From a virus (lineage: Duplodnaviria > Caudoviricetes): 64,000 bases of DNA. This document shows, one piece after another, positions 39,110 through 49,155 of the stretch (its first letter is position 1; every line of letters starts with the position of its first letter). Made by a program: the position numbers and the translations under genes. Under the pieces are notes generated by a model, which saw only the letters and a list, made by a program, of their open reading frames with translations, made no database searches and was not told the DNA's origin. Location: positions 1-64,000 of the IMG/VR virus record IMGVR_UViG_3300029288_007054. One strand, 5' to 3'.

Positions 39110-39427
39110 TTATTTTGTATTTTTGAAAGCATTGTAATCTTTCATTATAATATCCTCTAGCTTTTCCATTACTTTGAAGGCATTTTTATAATTCATTTCT
39201 CTAATCCACACATTAACGTCTTTATCCGATGGGCATCCAAGTTCTGCTGCGCTATCATAGAAAGATATTATAACCGCCAACATTAAATCTTCTACATTTA
39301 CTTTATTTTTATGTTTCATGGTTTTAATAATTTCCTTGTCTGTCGTTACATCCACCATTTTTTCCTTTATGACAGGTTTCTGGGCATGGTCTATCGCAAC
39401 GAAATTGCGGATATTTTTTTCTATCAC
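39110..39427 (-). CDS. hypothetical protein, paralog of 25870-26235
   Basis: VIISFYDSAAELGCP...VWIR vs VILSFCENLAELGCP...MWFR. Confidence 0.65.
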   Translation of the reverse strand: MIEKNIRNFVAIDHAQKPVIKEKMVDVTTDKEIIKTMKHKNKVNVEDLMLAVIISFYDSAAELGCPSDKDVNVWIREMNYKNAFKVMEKLEDIIMKDYNAFKNTK

Positions 39428-39745
39428 GCATACGTCTTATCGTGGGCTTAAAATATTTAAGTTTGCCATCGAAACCTAAGCCTGCAAAAATCTGATTACC
39501 ATCCTTGTCTTTCATTTATACTCCATTAATAATGTCCAAATACCCCTTCTGAATAATAATCTCTTTTATCATCGGCAATCATTCTCTGTCTTATATCTTC
39601 TCTTAACGATTCTATCCACTTTTTTTGCCCAACAATAATCGCTTCCATCTCTGTAATTTCACCCGCAAGTTCTAATGGGTCGGCATCCTGAATATACCAT
39701 CTTTTTTCTTCTATACTTTTACATTCTTTAAGGGTTTTCATTATT

Positions 39746-40876
39746 TTAGTACCATCTTTCTTCTTCTGCCACAAATTCTGACAATTCCCTATACAGCTCT
39801 TCAATTTTTCCTACATTAACTGAATGAGGAATGCTAGAAGTATTATACAATTTTTCTAGGTCTGCCATTCTTCTTTCTACCTCTGTCATTAGCTCTTCAT
39901 ATTTAAATTCGCCAGCCCTAATTTTCATTAGGTAATCTTTTTGTTCTCCTTCAAAACGAACAATAGGATATCCGTGAGTAAGAATATGCTCACCAGAAAT
40001 TAAAAGTCTCATGCAATGCATCATATTTTTTTGATCATAATTAAGCTTACCTTTTTCCTGATCAACCCACCTAGCTTCATTCCTATTTTTCATCCAGTCC
40101 CAATATGAGTGCCATTCCTTACATGCCTTTTCATAATCTTGTTTATTATAGATTAATAGACCAGCAAATTTTGCAATTTCATCATCTATGGGGATTGACT
40201 CACAAACCAACATATCATCTCCCCTAAAAATTCCCTTTGCTTCAGCGCCATAATAATATAACCGATATACATTGGATGTATGTTCAAGAGCAGAACAATG
40301 ATATTTGCTCATGCTTGGAACGTCTTTAATATTTGAATAAACAGGCCATGGGACAGGTCTGCAAGGAAAGGTTTTATACTCTTCCATTGAAACCCTGTCA
40401 AATGAAAAATCTGGCACAATCCAGCAAAATTCTTCTTTTACAGGTCTATTTACAGGTTGAGGGTTATGAACCTTCTTATTCTGCCCTTTTGCCTTCTCAA
40501 TTTGAGCATAAGCATAGCCAGAATGCGTATGGAAGCACTTCTTTGATATGAATAAATCTCTATTTTCAATAAGCTTGGTCATGACAGGGGATTGGAACCT
40601 TACGCAATCCTGAGGCATCCAGAGCAATTCTATCATGTTCGGGTTGGCTGTTTGAAGCAGCTCAAATGCTCTTTTTAGTGAATAATAGGTAATATCATTC
40701 TTTTCGTCGCTAATCTGTCCCGCTGGATCAGAAAGGCCTAAATAATCATGAGGAGGGTTAACATAAAACCCCCTAAGATCAGTATCTGATTTAGGCGTAT
40801 TAGTCCCATACGCATGAGACCCGCTAACGGTCTCAAAAACGATTCTACCCGATTCTTTAAGTTCTTTAATATTCAT
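39746..40876 (-). CDS. DNA polymerase beta-superfamily nucleotidyltransferase (Nuc-transf/YcgL-like)
   Basis: SGSHAYGTNTPKSDTDLRG (GS..DxD), ANPNMIELLW, KNMMHCMRLL; start reassigned to 40876. Confidence 0.85.
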   Translation of the reverse strand: MNIKELKESGRIVFETVSGSHAYGTNTPKSDTDLRGFYVNPPHDYLGLSDPAGQISDEKNDITYYSLKRAFELLQTANPNMIELLWMPQDCVRFQSPVMTKLIENRDLFISKKCFHTHSGYAYAQIEKAKGQNKKVHNPQPVNRPVKEEFCWIVPDFSFDRVSMEEYKTFPCRPVPWPVYSNIKDVPSMSKYHCSALEHTSNVYRLYYYGAEAKGIFRGDDMLVCESIPIDDEIAKFAGLLIYNKQDYEKACKEWHSYWDWMKNRNEARWVDQEKGKLNYDQKNMMHCMRLLISGEHILTHGYPIVRFEGEQKDYLMKIRAGEFKYEELMTEVERRMADLEKLYNTSSIPHSVNVGKIEELYRELSEFVAEEERWY

Positions 40877-41360
40877 TAATGTTTGTTCTACCTTTTCTAG
40901 CATAACCTTTACAAACGTTCCTATCCTCATTACATCTATCGCAAGGATGTTCCCTTTTATCCATTGCGATTGCCAGCACCAATATTGGATCAAGAGTGCA
41001 CCCTGAAGGAACGCCTAATGTTGGTTCCGATGCCTGCTTTTCTTCTTTTGGCATCTCTTTTTCTATACCATGTTTCTTAAGCAATTCATTGTACTGAGAG
41101 TTGCTATGATCATACCATGAATCAGGCAACTCATATCCTTCCCCTGAACGAAAAATAGTCATTTTACAAGATCTTCCATGAAGATAGTCAAGACTTACTG
41201 CAATTCTCTTGTCCTTTGAAAACCTACCAATAATCTCTTTCACTTCTTGTTCTGGAATATCGCCATCTTTAAAATGAAAAAAACCCATTCCTTGAGGTGA
41301 ACTAAGGGAATACACATCCTGAACAAATTTTACCAACTCTAATTTATCTACTTTTATCAT
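40866..41360 (-). CDS. hypothetical protein
   Basis: ORF track; LDYLHGRSCK motif. Confidence 0.65.
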   Translation of the reverse strand: MIKVDKLELVKFVQDVYSLSSPQGMGFFHFKDGDIPEQEVKEIIGRFSKDKRIAVSLDYLHGRSCKMTIFRSGEGYELPDSWYDHSNSQYNELLKKHGIEKEMPKEEKQASEPTLGVPSGCTLDPILVLAIAMDKREHPCDRCNEDRNVCKGYARKGRTNINEY

Positions 41361-41863
41361 TGTATGTTCTCCAATTCTATATCATTAATTGCATTCTGAT
41401 TATCTGGTGACACCTTAAATAATTTTAGTTCTTCCCTAACTATCATCAAAAGTTCACCCAAAACATTCTTCCCTTTCCCGTTACATTTATCACAGCTACA
41501 AACTCCAAAGTGATTGTCATGCCACATATTACCTTCAACCAAAATCTTATTTCCAGTGGCTAACAGTTTTTTAGCCAAATCACTACCACCCTTAAATTTG
41601 ATTCGAAGCAGATCAAGCATTATAGAATCCTTTACCTGTTCCCAATCAGGTCTTAATGTTACTCTCCTACCCGCTCTTTTTGCAACTCCCGGAGATTCAT
41701 CTGATCTTATCATTTCTCTTTCATCATCATTAGAAGTTTTAGCAGCCTGATATGCATGTTCAGAAGTCGCATACGTTTTACCCTCAAAATCAATTGGGCA
41801 ACGATAGAAATTACTTAAAAACCTATGCTCTGTACCATCAAACCTTGTAATATAATCACTCAT
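41357..41863 (-). CDS. NADAR (YbiA/RibX) family protein
   Basis: FLSNFY, SEHAYQAAK, RPDWEQVK, KF, LVEGN.W, GKNVLGELLMIVR. Confidence 0.9.
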   Translation of the reverse strand: MSDYITRFDGTEHRFLSNFYRCPIDFEGKTYATSEHAYQAAKTSNDDEREMIRSDESPGVAKRAGRRVTLRPDWEQVKDSIMLDLLRIKFKGGSDLAKKLLATGNKILVEGNMWHDNHFGVCSCDKCNGKGKNVLGELLMIVREELKLFKVSPDNQNAINDIELENIQ

Positions 41864-41872
41864 CTTATTCTC

Positions 41873-42316
41873 CTATTCGCACTTATGTTCCAATATATAC
41901 AATGCCATTTTATACTTCTCTTTTAACGACCCCTCTTGCAAACTTCTCAAATTATCCTCTATATCGGCTATTTTAATTTTGGTAGCATCAACGCTATTTT
42001 TAATTCTTAGAATAAAATTAAGATAGCTTTCATCTTTTGTCTTAGAAAGAGCAATCACTAAATCTACAGTACGAGGATCAACCCCTTCTTTTAACAAATC
42101 TTCTGCTGTTATTGCAGTGTCTTCTATTATATCATGGAGATACCCAGCAGCAATTATATAGTCATCACAATGTCCATAATATAACTTTTTGGCTACTCTT
42201 TCTGGATGAACGAAATAGGGTTTTCCTTTATCATCGCCCATCTTTCTAGTTTGCCCCATATGCCCCCTGATTGCGATCCCTCTTGCGATATCTACTGGTA
42301 ACAAATCTTTTGGCAT
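41873..42316 (-). CDS. HD-domain (p)ppGpp hydrolase-like protein (Mesh1/SpoT HD)
   Basis: H.GQTRK...PYFVHP, YLHDIIEDT, IKIADIEDN. Confidence 0.85.
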   Translation of the reverse strand: MPKDLLPVDIARGIAIRGHMGQTRKMGDDKGKPYFVHPERVAKKLYYGHCDDYIIAAGYLHDIIEDTAITAEDLLKEGVDPRTVDLVIALSKTKDESYLNFILRIKNSVDATKIKIADIEDNLRSLQEGSLKEKYKMALYILEHKCE

Positions 42317-42488
42317 TATTTCTTCCTCAACTGTTTATTCTTTCTAATAGGATTAGCATTAGCTCCACATTTAGGGCATTTCTTAGTTGGCATTCCGTCG
42401 CCAGCATCCATCGGACCCATAGGTTGACCTGAATCATCGGGCCACAATCCATATCCATAACATATTTTACATTTTCTTTTCTTATTTT

Positions 42489-42785
42489 TTATATATTTTT
42501 CTCACACCAATCATATATTACACTTGCATTCAGTGTAAATGTTTCATCAAGCCCAGCAACAACATCAAATTTAAAATCTTGATAATGAGCCTGCGCCTGA
42601 TCTTTATCTAAACAAACTTCGAGCAAAAGCGCTAAAGCTAATTGGCTTGGGCCTGAACCACTATAGCCCCAACTAAACCCATCTGGCGAATGGTTCCTAT
42701 ATGCTTGAGAGAGACGAGGATCTAGCAATTTACCGTCGATGTAAACATTGTGATTACTGCCAGTTATAATGCTATCTTTCCTCAT
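42489..42785 (-). CDS. DUF6166-like protein
   Basis: NHSPDGFSWGYSGSGPSQLALALL. Confidence 0.7.
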   Translation of the reverse strand: MRKDSIITGSNHNVYIDGKLLDPRLSQAYRNHSPDGFSWGYSGSGPSQLALALLLEVCLDKDQAQAHYQDFKFDVVAGLDETFTLNASVIYDWCEKNI

Positions 42786-42849
42786 AATTCTTTCCCTTTC
42801 AAATTATCGGAAATAGTATAGCATAAAAGAGGAAAACGTCAAGAAAAAT

Positions 42850-43086
42850 TTACATCCAATATTTGTTCTTAGAAAAATGCAGCCTTTCTATCAACATTTG
42901 CAGTCTAAGTTTAGGTGCAGAAAACTCTATGTGACCGGGCATTTGCTTATAAGTTATTCCATATTGCTTACATATTTGTTCAACTGTTCCGAATCTTATT
43001 CCAACAAACCCTAAACGACGATCATGCAACACTTGATTAAGATTAACCTTGGCACAAACAGAAATGTTTTGTTCAACTTCTTTCAT
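42850..43086 (-). CDS. hypothetical protein
   Basis: ORF track with start reassigned to MKEVEQ. Confidence 0.55.
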   Translation of the reverse strand: MKEVEQNISVCAKVNLNQVLHDRRLGFVGIRFGTVEQICKQYGITYKQMPGHIEFSAPKLRLQMLIERLHFSKNKYWM

Positions 43087-43141
43087 AATATTTCTTTCTC
43101 TAAAAAAAGGATATAACCCTTCCTCAATAGAACAATTTATT

Positions 43142-43474
43142 ATGTCTAAGAGGAAAAACAGTATCAAATATAAAAAACGTAAAAAAGAAGCGTGTGTTAT
43201 TCTCCATTCAGTTTATAAGTTCCTCAAAGAAAAATCAGACACAATTATACTCAGGAAAATCCGAGGAATGGATGGTAAATATGAGCCTTCTGACGATGAA
43301 ATAACCATAGATTATAGGAAAGAATTAATACCAACTTTAATACATGAGATTATGCATTGTTTACATCCCGACTGGTGTGAGACTAAAGTGCTTACTAAAG
43401 AACGAGAAGTTGTAAACGCAATGTCATTGAGACAATGTAAAAACATTCTTAGAAGATTCTCATCCTATCTTTAA
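43142..43474 (+). CDS. small HEXXH zinc-metallopeptidase-like protein
   Basis: TLIHEIMHCLHPDWCE; start reassigned to MSKRK. Confidence 0.65.
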   Translation: MSKRKNSIKYKKRKKEACVILHSVYKFLKEKSDTIILRKIRGMDGKYEPSDDEITIDYRKELIPTLIHEIMHCLHPDWCETKVLTKEREVVNAMSLRQCKNILRRFSSYL

Positions 43475-43767
43475 TAAACTAATTCCACTTTCCCATTAGG
43501 ATTACCATCTACACCCGTATAGTTCCCTGCTGGAGTCGATCCCACGGTAAAAGCTTTTATGGCTTTTAAATGGCCTAACGAAGGTATTGCCTCTACTGGT
43601 TGACATACGTATCTACTGTTGCATATTTTCCAATTTTCAAAGTCACGATATAAATAATAAGGACTTGCGGCATTTCCATTAAACCACATCCCCCTATCTA
43701 TTTGGGTATATATGCCATCCCAAGCGGCAGAAAAATCATAGACACGTATGTTTGTATATGCTCCCAT
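43471..43767 (-). CDS. hypothetical protein
   Basis: ORF track; GGAGG SD. Confidence 0.6.
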   Translation of the reverse strand: MGAYTNIRVYDFSAAWDGIYTQIDRGMWFNGNAASPYYLYRDFENWKICNSRYVCQPVEAIPSLGHLKAIKAFTVGSTPAGNYTGVDGNPNGKVELVY

Positions 43768-43897
43768 GTTCCTCCTAAGGTTCTATACCTGAGCAATCCA
43801 GTATATCTTTATTCAAAAAAGTGTTCTTAATCTCCTCGTTTACCATACTAGCTATTTCTTGATTTTCTTTTGATATTTTCTGGGGTTAAATAAATAA

Positions 43898-44485
43898 TTA
43901 TTTTTTGTTACATTCTGAAACGTAATTAGGGTTAATATGCACCCCATCGAAGAATAGCCACCGCTTCTTATCAGCATCACTAAAAATATAATTTGGATCT
44001 GAATCAATAACAGTTAAGTAGTTCTTCAGCAAATCCCATGATTCAAACATGTGATCTGGAGGAAATCTGCCATACATCCATTTAGGCATCTTCTTTCTAT
44101 TATCTCCGATCATTAAAAGTACTGGTTTCGCTTGCCTATTTGCATTAAAAATCTCTTCATGAGTTCCACAAGTAAAAATATTAATATCGTAATTAACGAC
44201 TAGAAATGAGCTCAGGTCTACACAGCGCAAATCCCAATGGTTTAACTCCTTAACTTCCGATCTAAGATCTTCAAATTTACCATCCCTTAATAGACCTTCC
44301 ATTCTAGGTCTTTTATGAGTGTCCAAATGCTGAGTTCCATAAAAACTATGCTTTAGAGGATTAAATACTCTAACATTCCTTTTTTGCAAGAATGGTTCTA
44401 TATCGTTTCTCCATTTACATCCTTTGTTTTCTGCAAAATCAATTGGACCTGACAAATAAGCTGCTAACCCGTTTAATCGATTCAT
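43898..44485 (-). CDS. nucleoside 2-deoxyribosyltransferase-like protein
   Basis: AYLSGPID, WR, VFNP, DLRCVD, GTHEE. Confidence 0.75.
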   Translation of the reverse strand: MNRLNGLAAYLSGPIDFAENKGCKWRNDIEPFLQKRNVRVFNPLKHSFYGTQHLDTHKRPRMEGLLRDGKFEDLRSEVKELNHWDLRCVDLSSFLVVNYDINIFTCGTHEEIFNANRQAKPVLLMIGDNRKKMPKWMYGRFPPDHMFESWDLLKNYLTVIDSDPNYIFSDADKKRWLFFDGVHINPNYVSECNKK

Positions 44486-45519
44486 TAAAATTTACTCTCC
44501 CTTTTACCACCATCGCTAATCATATACCACTTTACTTTCTCTTTATATTCTTTCAAATTCCTAGCACCACTGTAAGATAAAGAACTTTTAAGCCCATCTT
44601 CTATCTCCCTAAGTAAATATTTAGCATGACCCTTAAATGGTATCTTTTTCATTTCGCCTTCAACAAATCTACCTTCTTGTCCATTTTTTCTCTTATTTTC
44701 TGCCGAAGCGCTTCCACCATACATTTTATACCATGTTCTGTTGATTAAATTAGTTCCGGGTTCTGCATAAACATTACCCGGAGTTTCGGTGGTGCCAGCA
44801 AGAACGGCACCTATCATAACCGCATCAGTATATATTAAGGCCTTAGGAACGTCTCCAGCATTTTGAATACCTCCGTCAGAAATAGTTCTAACGTGTTTTA
44901 TTCCATCTCTCTGCAGTGCCTCATAAACTTCTTTAATTGCAGAAAATTGAGGTTTGCCTACTCCAGTATTAGATCGAGTGCGACAAACTGATCCGGGGCC
45001 AATCCCGATTTTAAGAATATTAGCGCCCCAATCTACCAAGTCCAATGCTGAATCTCCAGTTGCGATATTCCCAGCCATGATTGTAATAGATTGCGTACCC
45101 ACCCTTGAACATACCCATTTTAACATATCTTGCATTTGCTTACAATGACCATGAGCAATATCAATACAAAATGTTTTTGCACCAGCTGCATAAAGCCTAT
45201 CAAACCGTTCCTTCTCTTCTTCCTTAACACCGATAGATACTCCACAGCAAAGTGTTTCCTGAGCTTTTTTAAGCTGATCAACATTTTCTTCTATGCTCAT
45301 AAACCTATGCAAAATTCCGAAACCACCATTTTTATACATTTCAATGGCCATTTTATATTCGGTAATATCAGGCATATTAGCAGATATAACAGGTAACATT
45401 AACTTAAATTTATTGTCGCCTAAAAATGTAGAAACATCCACATCTTTGCTACGGGAATCAACATCTGAATACTGATCTTCAATTTGAATATCTGAGAATG
45501 TAATTGCTGTTTCGTCCAT
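44485..45519 (-). CDS. IMP dehydrogenase / GMP reductase family protein (no CBS domain)
   Basis: PVISANM, GFGILHRF, IDIAHGH, AGNIAT, KIGIGPGSVCRTR, SDGGI, YGGSAS, EG. Confidence 0.92.
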   Translation of the reverse strand: MDETAITFSDIQIEDQYSDVDSRSKDVDVSTFLGDNKFKLMLPVISANMPDITEYKMAIEMYKNGGFGILHRFMSIEENVDQLKKAQETLCCGVSIGVKEEEKERFDRLYAAGAKTFCIDIAHGHCKQMQDMLKWVCSRVGTQSITIMAGNIATGDSALDLVDWGANILKIGIGPGSVCRTRSNTGVGKPQFSAIKEVYEALQRDGIKHVRTISDGGIQNAGDVPKALIYTDAVMIGAVLAGTTETPGNVYAEPGTNLINRTWYKMYGGSASAENKRKNGQEGRFVEGEMKKIPFKGHAKYLLREIEDGLKSSLSYSGARNLKEYKEKVKWYMISDGGKRESKF

Positions 45520-45576
45520 CTTTTTCCCTTTCTTGCAACATTGATATTATACAACAAAGAATGAAACAATCAACAA

Positions 45577-45888
45577 CTAAACTGTTCTATCTTTTAGTTC
45601 TAACGGACCTTTCACTTCTATATCTGCTGAAAAATCTTCAACCCCATAATGCATTTTATATGTAAGGGGTTTATGTCCATCTTTGGGATCGTTTGAAACA
45701 GCGTTAAATAAACCATTCATTGCATATCTTTCAACAGTTAAAATAGCAACTTCACCAGCCTCAATTTTTAATGTTAAACTTTTTACTGGATGCTCATTTT
45801 CCTTGCCATCTATAAATTTTACTTTATCCCAAGTCAATAACTTAATAGGATAAAAATTATCTTCGTTACTTTTTATATTAATAGTCAT
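45577..45888 (-). CDS. hypothetical protein
   Basis: ORF track. Confidence 0.6.
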   Translation of the reverse strand: MTINIKSNEDNFYPIKLLTWDKVKFIDGKENEHPVKSLTLKIEAGEVAILTVERYAMNGLFNAVSNDPKDGHKPLTYKMHYGVEDFSADIEVKGPLELKDRTV

Positions 45889-45899
45889 GTGCCATTCCC

Positions 45900-46634
45900 T
45901 TATTGAGTTTTCTTATTTAGACTTCCAAGATCATCTAACACTCTCTTAATAGCCGCTCTTTCAGCCTGAGTTTTTGCCTCTATGATAGCCTTGTTAAAAA
46001 CATCCACAAATGATTTCATAGGAATAATAATAAGCTCTCCGCTATCTTTCATTTCTCCCATGATAGAGGCTTGAAGTTTAAGAAGATTGTTGAAAGTGCC
46101 CATGAGTCTTGCGGTTTCGGCGCTTTTTATTTGTTCAATTTCTGCAGCGCTTATATCATTATTGGGTGTAATACTATTTATCCCTGCTAATCTTTCAGTG
46201 ATAGTAGAAAGCCCTAAATGAATTCTGTCTAAGGTAGTCAACTGAACGCCGCTCAGTCGTTTAATCCTATTAGCATATTCAATTAGTTGTAACCCCCTAA
46301 CACCTCTTTCGTAATGGAAACGCATATGGTTATCAATGACATCCTTAGAAACTGGAAAATCACTACGGCTTTTAAACAGCTTTTTAACTTCTTCGTGGTT
46401 AGTCGTATCAGCCCATTTCTTTTCTAGCTCTTCCCTGTGAGGATCTGAACATATCATGCAGGTAGGTTCATGATAAACATTTTTTTCATTAATATTAATT
46501 AACTGTGCCAATGCCTCATCAATATCTCCAGCTTCGGGGGGCGAGAAACTTTGAATTTCTTCTTTGGGGGGTGGGGTCATAGATTGTTCGAAAGGGACAT
46601 CTTGTGATTTTTCTTCGGTCATATTTTCCTCCAA
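45900..46634 (-). CDS. hypothetical protein with CxxC..H-type N-domain (possibly terminase small-subunit-like)
   Basis: CMICSDPHREELE...NHMRFH followed by a helical region; function speculative. Confidence 0.55.
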   Translation of the reverse strand: MEENMTEEKSQDVPFEQSMTPPPKEEIQSFSPPEAGDIDEALAQLININEKNVYHEPTCMICSDPHREELEKKWADTTNHEEVKKLFKSRSDFPVSKDVIDNHMRFHYERGVRGLQLIEYANRIKRLSGVQLTTLDRIHLGLSTITERLAGINSITPNNDISAAEIEQIKSAETARLMGTFNNLLKLQASIMGEMKDSGELIIIPMKSFVDVFNKAIIEAKTQAERAAIKRVLDDLGSLNKKTQ

Positions 46635-46649
46635 TATTATTCCACTATA

Positions 46650-48505
46650 TTATACAAGGTTTTTCTTCTGAGGCCTATTATTCTTTTTATCAAATAATAC
46701 CACATCTTCTGCTATATCTTTGAGAATAGTAGTCAAGGTTAGTGGTCTGGCGTCTAGAAGAACAGAAAAGAAATTATCCATTTTATCATCGGGCATGGCA
46801 AAACGCTTATTCTTTGCATAAACCCTGACAGCAGAAAGGACTTCTCTAGCGGATTTTCTGTCACTGGATCTTGTAATAAGTTCGTTGGCGTTGTGGAGAA
46901 GGGTAATGATTGAGCTGGCAGTATCAGAAAGCTTTTGCATATTAGTTAATCCTATTAACGGATATCAGCTTTTGAGCTTCTACTTGAGATCCGTTTTCTA
47001 GGATTTCTTCGGCCTTTTCCCATGCTTCCTCATCAGTAGAGGCTCTTACAGTCTTGCCGATATCATATGAAGAGTTAAGTTTTCCAAATTCGTCTTCAAA
47101 TTGGAATGTATACTCAGATAAATTGCTAGTGGTATCTTCTGCTTCGCTCTTAACCATTGCAGCGTAACTCTCAGCTGCTTCTCTTGATAAACCATCAATC
47201 ATAAGAAGTTCTACGCATTCTGACTCTTCCAAACCGTCTTCTAAATACGATTTGGCTAAGGAAGCATATTTCTTATGTTCAGCAATGGCCTTCGATGCCT
47301 GTTTCCTTAAAGAGTTGTGAAGACTCTCTACGAAGGTCACTCTCTGCATATCCATTCCTGTTGATGGTCTTGTCATGTTATATTATTTCCTATTAGCCTT
47401 TTAATAATCCTTCAACTATTTATATTATTTTTTAGGCCTTATTAACTCTTCTCCTCTATCGGAAAATCGCCAACTTCTTCGTCTATATTATTCGGTGCAG
47501 GGTTTTTAACTTCCTCCTTTATTTCTGGAGTATTTTCAGTTTTCCCTGCTTCTTTGTTAAGATTAGATTCGTCGGTCTCAAAAAGCTCCCAAGATATTTT
47601 ATAATCATCAGTGCCCCTATCGATCCACTGACCCTGAGCATTAGGAGTCTTAACAGCCATCCTACCTGATTCTGGAGAATAGATATAGTCAATAGCCTCA
47701 TTGCCCATCCAAGTATCGGAAGCTGTCACCGTACCCACTGATTTATAACTAATATTCCCTTGCTTACCTGTGAATATGATAGTTATAGTTTTTCCATCTT
47801 CTTCAACCTTAGCGTCCTCAATTTTTCCAAGGTTATATGCTTCCTTGGTATTTTCAATAACTCTTTGAGCACTCTTGTTTAATTTTGGAGATTGAAGACC
47901 GGAAACATTAGCCAAGGGGTCAAAATGATCAACTTCTCCGCCTAATCCCTTAATGCATTTTCCAACCCTATTAATATTATCTACTAGCGTTTGAGAGGTC
48001 TTATTTAAACCCATTTCCGAGAAAGTAGCTATAAGCCCATCCCTAACCTCATAGAGCTCCAATAGCATTCTTTCCGTGTTATAATCAGATGAAGCAGGAA
48101 CTTTGATAGATCGATCAACTATTGTGGGAGCCTGTGCAGGCGGAATCTTAACATTCCCCAAATTTTTAAGAAAGCTATCTTCTAACAAACTTTTAGTATC
48201 AAACTTACCTTCTTCATCTACATAATTATCACTCATGTTACACTCCTTTATTATATGATGTCTGCCTTTGTTATTTCAGTGCTCAAGTCTTTAGATCCAC
48301 AGGATGGACAACCTTCTGGAACTAAAAGGCTTGACTGTATTATACAACAGTTAGTGCACTTTACAGCATCAATATCATAGTTTTTTTCGTCTTCTACAGC
48401 AGCAGAAAGAGCTTCTATGGCATAGTCTGTAATAGGTCTTCCAATAGGAGTCCTTTTTAGCGCTATTTCGGCTTTTAAGGTATTCAAAACTTCGGATATA
48501 TTCAT
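46650..48505 (-). other. four hypothetical ORFs (46650-46940, 46942-47376, 47442-48236, 48251-48505)
   Basis: ORF track; SD motifs; no recognised family. Confidence 0.7.
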
Positions 48506-48585
48506 GACTATTATTATTCATATTAACCCATAAAAAACCCTTTTAAAAAGGTATTTTTTCGATATATCTTGTATAATATTAGTGT

Positions 48586-49155
48586 ATGAAGAAATCATCA
48601 AACACTAAGAAAGTAAAATTAGAATCTCTTCCGAAGATAAAACGAAGATTATTCAAGCTTTGGTCTGAGGCTGTCCGGGAAAGATCAGGATTTAAATGCG
48701 AATTTTGCGGTATTGAAAATAAAGCAATAAATATTAACGGTATAGCTACGAAAATTGACGCACATCATTTAATCTCAAGAAAGATAAAAGATTTTCCATT
48801 AAAGTTCGCAATAGATATGGGCGTTGCTGTATGTCCAATTTGCCATAAGTGGGGAATTCCATCGTTTCACAGAGACCCTGTTACTACCATAACATGGCTC
48901 ATAAAAAACAAACCCGAACGCTATAATTTTGTTCTAGAGAACGTAAACGTAAGAATCGATCTAGACAACAGGGCTGTTCTAGCTGAGATAGAAGCTAGAT
49001 TAATAGCCAAAGAATCTCTTGACCTGAATAAACTTAAAGAAATAGAAAAACAATTTCCTAGAGAAATTAAACCTAAGAAAGAAAAAATAGTAGGAACTCT
49101 CTTTGAAGATGACGAACCATCTTTACCTGTAGAAACTAAATCAGACGCTATCTAA
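48586..49155 (+). CDS. NinG/HNH-like nuclease
   Basis: LFKLWSEAVRERSGFKCEFCG...DAHHLISR...CPICH. Confidence 0.7.
   Translation: MKKSSNTKKVKLESLPKIKRRLFKLWSEAVRERSGFKCEFCGIENKAININGIATKIDAHHLISRKIKDFPLKFAIDMGVAVCPICHKWGIPSFHRDPVTTITWLIKNKPERYNFVLENVNVRIDLDNRAVLAEIEARLIAKESLDLNKLKEIEKQFPREIKPKKEKIVGTLFEDDEPSLPVETKSDAI

Noticed and set aside
39324-39515. ORF overlapping 39110-39427 by ~100 nt as a possible programmed frameshift
   Set aside because: No clear slippery site or stimulatory structure, and no homology evidence; an ordinary overlap is equally likely.
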